NCBI GenBank assembly: GCA_029547225.1
Contig: JAKPPS010000039.1
Coordinates: 1 to 55,377, forward strand
Length of the DNA: 55,377 bases
Direction of reading: 5' to 3'
Source of the DNA: a bacterium
Lineage (GTDB): Bacteria; Patescibacteriota; Dojkabacteria; SC72; WJKH01
In this document: positions 49,785 to 55,377 of the stretch, in pieces
Layout: the number at the start of each line of letters is the position of its first letter
Position numbering within the stretch: the stretch's first letter is position 1
Position numbers and translations under genes: made by a program
Notes under the pieces: generated by a model
The model's input: only the letters and a program-made list of their open reading frames with translations
Database searches by the model: none
What the model was told of the DNA's origin: nothing

Positions 49785-50927
49785 ATGGCAGAAAAATCTG
49801 TAAAAGCTAATGTCGCTGTAGCTCCAAAAAAAGCGGCCAAAAAAACTATTTCCAAAATTGTCTCTAAAGAAGAAAAAGTAATGTCATCTGACATGATTCT
49901 TGAAGACGCAAAAAAATATAAAACAGAAGAGAAAGCTGAAAAAACTTCAACTGTAAAAGAGAAGGTTGAGCAGAAATCTTCACATTTTGAAAATAGAAAT
50001 GATAATAGACCACACAGTAACTTTGCTAAGAAAACATCAGAAAATAAGCAAGTTAAAGAAGAGAAAATCCCAGAAAGAGCAGAAATTGCTTTACCTGAGC
50101 TAGAAAAATTCCTTGAAGCGGGCTCTCACTTTGGTCACAAGAAAAGTAGATGGAATCCAAAAATGCAAGAGTACGTATATGCTGAGCGCAATGGCGTTCA
50201 TATTATTGATCTCATTAAAACAATGAAGCTTCTTAAAACAGCTTTGAAAGAGATTCAACATGCATCTGATAGAGGTTCGATATTGATCGTTGGTACAAAG
50301 GGTCAAGCTGCAAGTACAGTTAAAGAGATGGCAGAAGAAGTCGGTGCATTTTATGTAAACAATAGATGGCCAGGTGGTTTATTCACAAACTTTGAAGTAA
50401 TAAAAAAGAGTCTTGATAAATTGATGAAGATGGAAGAGTCTCTTGCAAAAGGTGCTCAAGATTTAGTCAAAAAAGAACAGCTTATGTTAACTCGAGAAGT
50501 ATCCAGATTGAACAATCTTTATAGTGGTATCAAATTCATGGATAAAGTTCCAGCATTGGTTATCGTTATCGATAGTAGAGTAGAGAAGAATGCAATCAAA
50601 GAAGCTAGAGTTGCTGGAGTCCCAGTTGTCGCATTGCTCGATACAAACTGTGATCCAACATTAGTAGATTTCCCGATCCCATCAAATGATGATTCTATAA
50701 GAAGTATCAAATTGTTTGTTGATCTTTTCAAACAAGCAATCGAGGGTGGTCGTAAAGCAACTTCATTAGTTGCACTTAGGAGAGATTATGAAGCTAGATT
50801 AGATATGTGGAAAACTGAATTTGAAGCAGAAGAGGCTAGAATAGCGATGTTGAAACAAGAAGAAATCGAGAGATTGAAAGAAATGAAAAAGGGTTCAACA
50901 GTAGTAAGAGTTGTTTCAAAAAAGTAA
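49785..50927 (+). CDS. rpsB: 30S ribosomal protein uS2 with long N- and C-terminal extensions
   Basis: AGSHFGH...WNPKM, HIIDL, VGTK, RWPGGLFTNF, DTNCDP, PSNDDSIRSI. Confidence 0.96.
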   Translation: MAEKSVKANVAVAPKKAAKKTISKIVSKEEKVMSSDMILEDAKKYKTEEKAEKTSTVKEKVEQKSSHFENRNDNRPHSNFAKKTSENKQVKEEKIPERAEIALPELEKFLEAGSHFGHKKSRWNPKMQEYVYAERNGVHIIDLIKTMKLLKTALKEIQHASDRGSILIVGTKGQAASTVKEMAEEVGAFYVNNRWPGGLFTNFEVIKKSLDKLMKMEESLAKGAQDLVKKEQLMLTREVSRLNNLYSGIKFMDKVPALVIVIDSRVEKNAIKEARVAGVPVVALLDTNCDPTLVDFPIPSNDDSIRSIKLFVDLFKQAIEGGRKATSLVALRRDYEARLDMWKTEFEAEEARIAMLKQEEIERLKEMKKGSTVVRVVSKK

Positions 50928-51225
50928 TTCTTAAGCAAGTGAGATTGGACGAGAACTGTTTTTGAACTAATGTAACATCGAACTTACCAGATAATGATGT
51001 TTGGAAATACTGTTTTCACTGCAAGCAAATAGAAATATTATTGAAAAATGTGTGAAACAGTAGAAATAAAACCAATAGAAATCGACAATTTCGTGAAACG
51101 GGTGTTGCTAAGCTTGATAATAAGTGTAAAAGCTCAAAGATAAAGTTCAAAAAACTACCAAAAATAAGCAGTTAAACTTTAGTAATTCGATTTATACAAA
51201 TATATAAATTTTTAATAATAATAAA

Positions 51226-51945
51226 ATGGGTACAGTAAGTATGGATGCAATAAAAGAGTTGAGAGCTAAAACCGCAGCAGGCATCTCTTTGTGCAAAGAA
51301 GCACTTGAGGCTTCAGATAATGACATGCAGAAAGCTATTGAATATATCAATAGTCGCAGTGATGTTGTTTCAAGATTGCATAATATGACAGGTGCAAAAA
51401 TCGGTTTGTGTAAAATAGCTTTAAATGATGCAGATAATGATTTTGAAGGTGCTTTGAAGCTTATCAAAGAAAGAGGTTGGGAGGATGAAATTGCCAAATC
51501 AGGTGAAAAAGCAGTTAAAGAGGGTATCATTGAAGCTTATGTACATGGTGCAGACAAAAAGCTCGTTGCCTTGGCCGAAATAACATGCCTTACCGATTTT
51601 GTAGCACGCAATGATAATCTTAGAAATTTTGCACATGAAGTCGCAATGCAAATTGCAGCTATGGGTGCAAAATATATTTCTAGAGAAAGTATTCCAGCAG
51701 ATATACTTGACGCTCAAAAAGATCTCTTCAAAAAAGAAGCTTTGGCAGAAGGTAAACCAGAAAATATTCTTGATAAAATTGTCGAAGGAAAACTTAGTAA
51801 ATTCTATGAAGAGAATTGTCTACTTGATCAAAAATGGATTAAAGATGATACTCGTACAATAAAAGAGTTGCTCGATGAAATAATCAATAAAACTGGTGAA
51901 CCTGTTGAAATTCGCAGAATTTTACTTTGGAAATTGGGAGACTAA
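51226..51945 (+). CDS. tsf: Elongation factor Ts (short type, duplicated N-domain)
   Basis: KELR..T..G...CK.AL motif twice, EGIIEAYVH, TDFVAR, GKPENILDKIVEGKL. Confidence 0.95.
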   Translation: MGTVSMDAIKELRAKTAAGISLCKEALEASDNDMQKAIEYINSRSDVVSRLHNMTGAKIGLCKIALNDADNDFEGALKLIKERGWEDEIAKSGEKAVKEGIIEAYVHGADKKLVALAEITCLTDFVARNDNLRNFAHEVAMQIAAMGAKYISRESIPADILDAQKDLFKKEALAEGKPENILDKIVEGKLSKFYEENCLLDQKWIKDDTRTIKELLDEIINKTGEPVEIRRILLWKLGD

Positions 51946-52017
51946 TATTTTCGAAAGTATTCTCTGAAAAGAAAAATAGGGAAGCCTAGATTATCCTATT
52001 GAATTGTCTTTAAGATT

Positions 52018-52044
52018 AAGCTCATCTGAAAAGGTGAGTTTTTT
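52018..52044 (+). terminator. Intrinsic terminator after tsf
   Basis: GCTCATCT-GAAA-AGGTGAGT followed by a T run. Confidence 0.75.
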
Positions 52045-52237
52045 CTAATCCTGTATTAATAAATATTTTAATACTCTGGGACGATAATGTATAAAATTCT
52101 AATTCGATATTCTACAGATTTCCTTATACTAATTGCGTACTTGAAATAGTAATCAGTAATTGAGATAATCTATATGATAGTAAATAAATCTAAAAAAAGT
52201 ATTTTTTACTATTATAAATAAGTTAACAATATTATAT

Positions 52238-52783
52238 ATGGATCTAACAGAATTTGAGATTGAATTGATGGACTGTATTGAGCATTTGAAAGAGGATTTA
52301 TCACAGATAAGGACTGGTAGGGCAACTCCAGAAATATTGTTTGGACTTAGAGTGGATGCTTACGACACAATGAATCCAATTAAAAATGTTGCTTCAATTA
52401 ATGTTTCTGATGCAAAGTCATTATTAGTACAACCTTGGGATAAGTCAATAATCCAGAATGTTTATAAAGCAATATTATCCTCAGACTTAGGTGTGAGCCC
52501 TAGCGTTGAAGGAGATTATATCCGTGTACATCTACCTGATCTTACAGAAGAGAGAAGGAAAGATTTTGTGAAGGTTATGAAGGATCGAGTCGAAAGTGCT
52601 CGAGTTTCTGTCCGAAGTGTACGTCAAAAATACATGAAAGATATCGATGAAGCAGTTAAAGGTGGTCTTCCAGAGGATGATGGTAAGAGGTTACGAGAAG
52701 AGATCGAGAAAAAAGTGAAAACTGCGAATGAAGATATCGAAGCTCTCAGGAAAGAAAAAGAGAATGACCTTATGAGTATTTAA
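52238..52783 (+). CDS. frr: Ribosome recycling factor
   Basis: IRTGRATP, VQPWDKS, PDLTEERRK, ARVSVRSVR. Confidence 0.96.
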   Translation: MDLTEFEIELMDCIEHLKEDLSQIRTGRATPEILFGLRVDAYDTMNPIKNVASINVSDAKSLLVQPWDKSIIQNVYKAILSSDLGVSPSVEGDYIRVHLPDLTEERRKDFVKVMKDRVESARVSVRSVRQKYMKDIDEAVKGGLPEDDGKRLREEIEKKVKTANEDIEALRKEKENDLMSI

Positions 52784-52800
52784 TAATTGATGATATCTTT

Positions 52801-53979
52801 ATGTTTCAAAGTATTTTAGATTTTGTAATTAATATCGGATTGCTAATATTATTACTTGGCTTTTTGGTTCTAATACATGAGCTTGGTCATTTTATTTCGG
52901 CATTAATAGTAGGCGCTAAAGTCGAAGAGTTTTCTATTGGTTTTGGCCCGAAATTATTTTCAAAGAAAATAGGTGAGACAGAATTTCTTGTAAAAGTATT
53001 ACCGCTTGGTGGTTATGTCAAAATACTCGGAGAAGGAGACGAAGTTAATCCTGACGATGAGCGAAAAAAGAGCTTCAAGACTGATAGAAGTTTGAAAAGC
53101 AAGAAACCTTGGCAAAAGATTTTTGTTATGCTTGCGGGTGTAACGATGAATATTTTTCTTGCAATCATACTTTTCTATATTTTACTCATCAAATCGGGTT
53201 TCGCTTTTTATTTACCGCAGAATCTTGGAGAGATAGATTTGCCTTTTGGAAAAGTCACTCAAGAAAAATACGCTGATCTAAAATATACTCAACTTGTGGA
53301 AGGTGGTAATGCTCAGCTTGCTGGTATGCCAGATCAAGGTCTTATCAAGACAATGAATGGTGATCCAGTCTCGCTTACTTCCGAAATGCGAGATATTATT
53401 GGTCAATATAAAGGTCAAGTTGTATCAATGGTTGTATGTGATTATGAATTAGTTGTCTGTAAGGATTATTCTGTTAGTGTGACTGATGATGCACTTATTG
53501 GAATTCAATATTTCGATAATTATGCTTATAAAGTCCAATATGAATCCATAGAGAAAGTTTTCTCTGGTTTTCTTCATATCCCAAATCAGATTGTGATAAT
53601 AGGTGAGTATCTAGATTATATGTTTACCAATGCTAGAGAAACGGGAAATTACAAGGATGTTGCCGTAGAGGGTGTCTCAAGTCCTATCGCACTCTATTTT
53701 GTTATTGATTCACTCAAGAGTGATGGCATTTGGGCTTTCCTTGATATTATGGCTAATATCAGTTTTTCGCTTGCAATGGTAAATGTTTTGCCAATTCCAG
53801 CTCTCGATGGCGGTAGGGTGATATTTATTATTATTGAGGCGATAAGAAAAAAGGAGTTGGATCCAAGACTAGAGGCTCTTATTATTCAGATTAGTTTTCT
53901 TATCATGATGTTGATTATGGTTTTAGTCGTACTCAAGGATATTATCTTCATCAAAGATATTGGTGATATGTTTAAATAG
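52801..53979 (+). CDS. rseP: RIP metalloprotease RseP (M50)
   Basis: HELGH, FSIGFGP, LPLGGYV, AGVTMN, NVLPIPALDGG; follows frr. Confidence 0.92.
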   Translation: MFQSILDFVINIGLLILLLGFLVLIHELGHFISALIVGAKVEEFSIGFGPKLFSKKIGETEFLVKVLPLGGYVKILGEGDEVNPDDERKKSFKTDRSLKSKKPWQKIFVMLAGVTMNIFLAIILFYILLIKSGFAFYLPQNLGEIDLPFGKVTQEKYADLKYTQLVEGGNAQLAGMPDQGLIKTMNGDPVSLTSEMRDIIGQYKGQVVSMVVCDYELVVCKDYSVSVTDDALIGIQYFDNYAYKVQYESIEKVFSGFLHIPNQIVIIGEYLDYMFTNARETGNYKDVAVEGVSSPIALYFVIDSLKSDGIWAFLDIMANISFSLAMVNVLPIPALDGGRVIFIIIEAIRKKELDPRLEALIIQISFLIMMLIMVLVVLKDIIFIKDIGDMFK

Positions 53980-54164
53980 TTATAAATGTACACAGATATC
54001 GTTAATCTAGTAAATCCACACCTTTGCAGAGCTATTACTTCTGGCACTTTTGAATGCATACAAAATAGTGATTTTTCATATTCTAGGATATTGCATTTTG
54101 ATTGATTTTGGTCTATCTTCTATTAAGGGTTTGTCAAAAAACCGATAAATTCATTATTTATTAT

Positions 54165-55377
54165 ATGGCTACAGTAAGACTAACGAAGAAAGGTTTAGTA
54201 ATACTTATCATTTTGGGACTTTTGATAGTAGGCGGTGGCTCAGGCTATCTTATTTGGCGTCTAAATCAGGTAGAGAATCTTGGCAACGAGGAGAGTAGTG
54301 CAGGTGGTAATTGTAGTGCAGATGCTGATGATGGTTATTGTAATAAAGGCGCAGGAGAAAGTGCTGCTAATTGCGATGATTGCCCTCCTGTATGTGGTGA
54401 TGGTGCCTGTACTCATGAAGAAAGTTGTGGTACATGTTCAAAAGATTGTGGGGTTTGTGCATATTGTGGTGATGGATTATGTAATGGCGGAGAAATCTGT
54501 ATGGATACAGATGATGAGGATGGTAATATAGATGAGTGTGAAGATTGTGGATCATGTGATGATCGAGAAGGTTATTGTACTGTGTCTGCAACTATCTGTA
54601 ATAATGCAAAATGTTGTAGGGCGAAGTTTAGTGACAATTTCAGCTGTGCTGGTATTGCGATGGATAATCCTGGGGTCCAGTATATGGCTTTTTGCGATGC
54701 ACAAAATAATAGAGCAACTTGCTCATCAGATAGTGCAATTATGACAGCTTGTGAATGTGCTGTTCCAGATCCGAATGTTGATGGGTTGCAGAGTGGCTTG
54801 TGCGGTGGATGTAATAACCCTTGGGCGTATTATAAGCCAATACCTGATGCAGTTTGTAATGAAACATGTTACGAACCAGTAAGTGATCAAAATGGTTTAA
54901 TGTGTTGTGATGCTTGTTTACCTCCTGTTGATAAAGTCGGAGTTTGGAGAAATCCAGATTGTCGAGATGAAACAGATTGTGATTGCGGAGTCGTAGCAAA
55001 TAGTTGCGAAACAGGATATGTTGATACCGGCTGGTCACAAACAACATATTATCCCGGTGATACTGTCAAAATATCAGGATGGGCTGCTGATGTAGATGGA
55101 CTTGGAGCCTTTACTTTAGTGATAGATACAGTAGTTCAAAACAACATACCATTTGTGCTTAAAAATCATACCGAATCTTGTCAGTTGAGACCGGATATTT
55201 GTGATGCCGCGACAAATCCAGTCTATTATCAATACGCTCAAGTTTGGGAATATACTTACAAACTAGGTCCTTTAACAACGCCAGGTGATCATACTGTATC
55301 AGTATCCTGGGTTGATGCCTTAGGTAATGCTGGTGCAAATTGTACTGGTAGTAAAACACTAAAAGTCGGTCAACCAG
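54165..55377 (+). CDS. 3'-partial Cys-rich membrane-anchored/secreted protein; not in the ORF track
   Basis: Manual translation from ATG 54165 is open to the window end: MATVRLTKKGLVILIILGLLIVGGGSGYLIWRLNQ...CGDGAC...CGDGLC..., then an Ig-like segment (KISGWAADVDG...PGDHTVSVSWVDALGN). Confidence 0.88.
   Translation, partial: MATVRLTKKGLVILIILGLLIVGGGSGYLIWRLNQVENLGNEESSAGGNCSADADDGYCNKGAGESAANCDDCPPVCGDGACTHEESCGTCSKDCGVCAYCGDGLCNGGEICMDTDDEDGNIDECEDCGSCDDREGYCTVSATICNNAKCCRAKFSDNFSCAGIAMDNPGVQYMAFCDAQNNRATCSSDSAIMTACECAVPDPNVDGLQSGLCGGCNNPWAYYKPIPDAVCNETCYEPVSDQNGLMCCDACLPPVDKVGVWRNPDCRDETDCDCGVVANSCETGYVDTGWSQTTYYPGDTVKISGWAADVDGLGAFTLVIDTVVQNNIPFVLKNHTESCQLRPDICDAATNPVYYQYAQVWEYTYKLGPLTTPGDHTVSVSWVDALGNAGANCTGSKTLKVGQP

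Noticed and set aside
583-51862. Numerous 60-145-aa ORFs overlapping or antisense to recognised genes (e.g. 34507-34941, 33292-33633, 38481-38792, 9161-9508)
   Set aside because: They overlap well-supported conserved genes and show no recognisable motifs.
54280-55359. Short ORFs listed in the track at the right end
   Set aside because: They are shadow frames of the long Cys-rich ORF starting at 54165.

Overview
AT-rich bacterial chromosomal window in standard code 11, most consistent with a Patescibacteria/CPR genome (Dojkabacteria-like; inferred from gene content, not proven). The right half is core housekeeping: Thr/Tyr/Thr tRNAs, rpmG-trnW-secE-nusG-rplKAJL, rpmB, mreBCD-mrdA, dprA-topA-radC, rpsB-tsf-frr-rseP, plus a candidate 6S-like RNA. 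The left half holds the most interesting material. (i) A ~18 kb glutamate/peptide-ligation neighbourhood with four different ATP-grasp ligases (RimK-like, CphA2-like, stand-alone CphA G-domain-like, and an alpha-L-glutamate-ligase-like protein fused to a retropepsin/RimB-like protease), a 7TM partner, glutamate dehydrogenase and a DUF1704/MATCAP-like metallocarboxypeptidase lying co-directionally downstream of a second MreB paralogue; two large surface-protein genes sit inside it. (ii) A fibre-like protein whose S74 autocleaving chaperone domain is followed by an intact M23 peptidase. Also seen: a frameshifted DUF5652-like gene, non-canonical motifs in TrpRS, TrxB and EF-Ts, several probably leaderless genes, tandem and dispersed intergenic repeats, and two genes missed by the ORF track (rpmG and a Cys-rich protein running off the right end). 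All family assignments are by motif recognition; no database searches were run.
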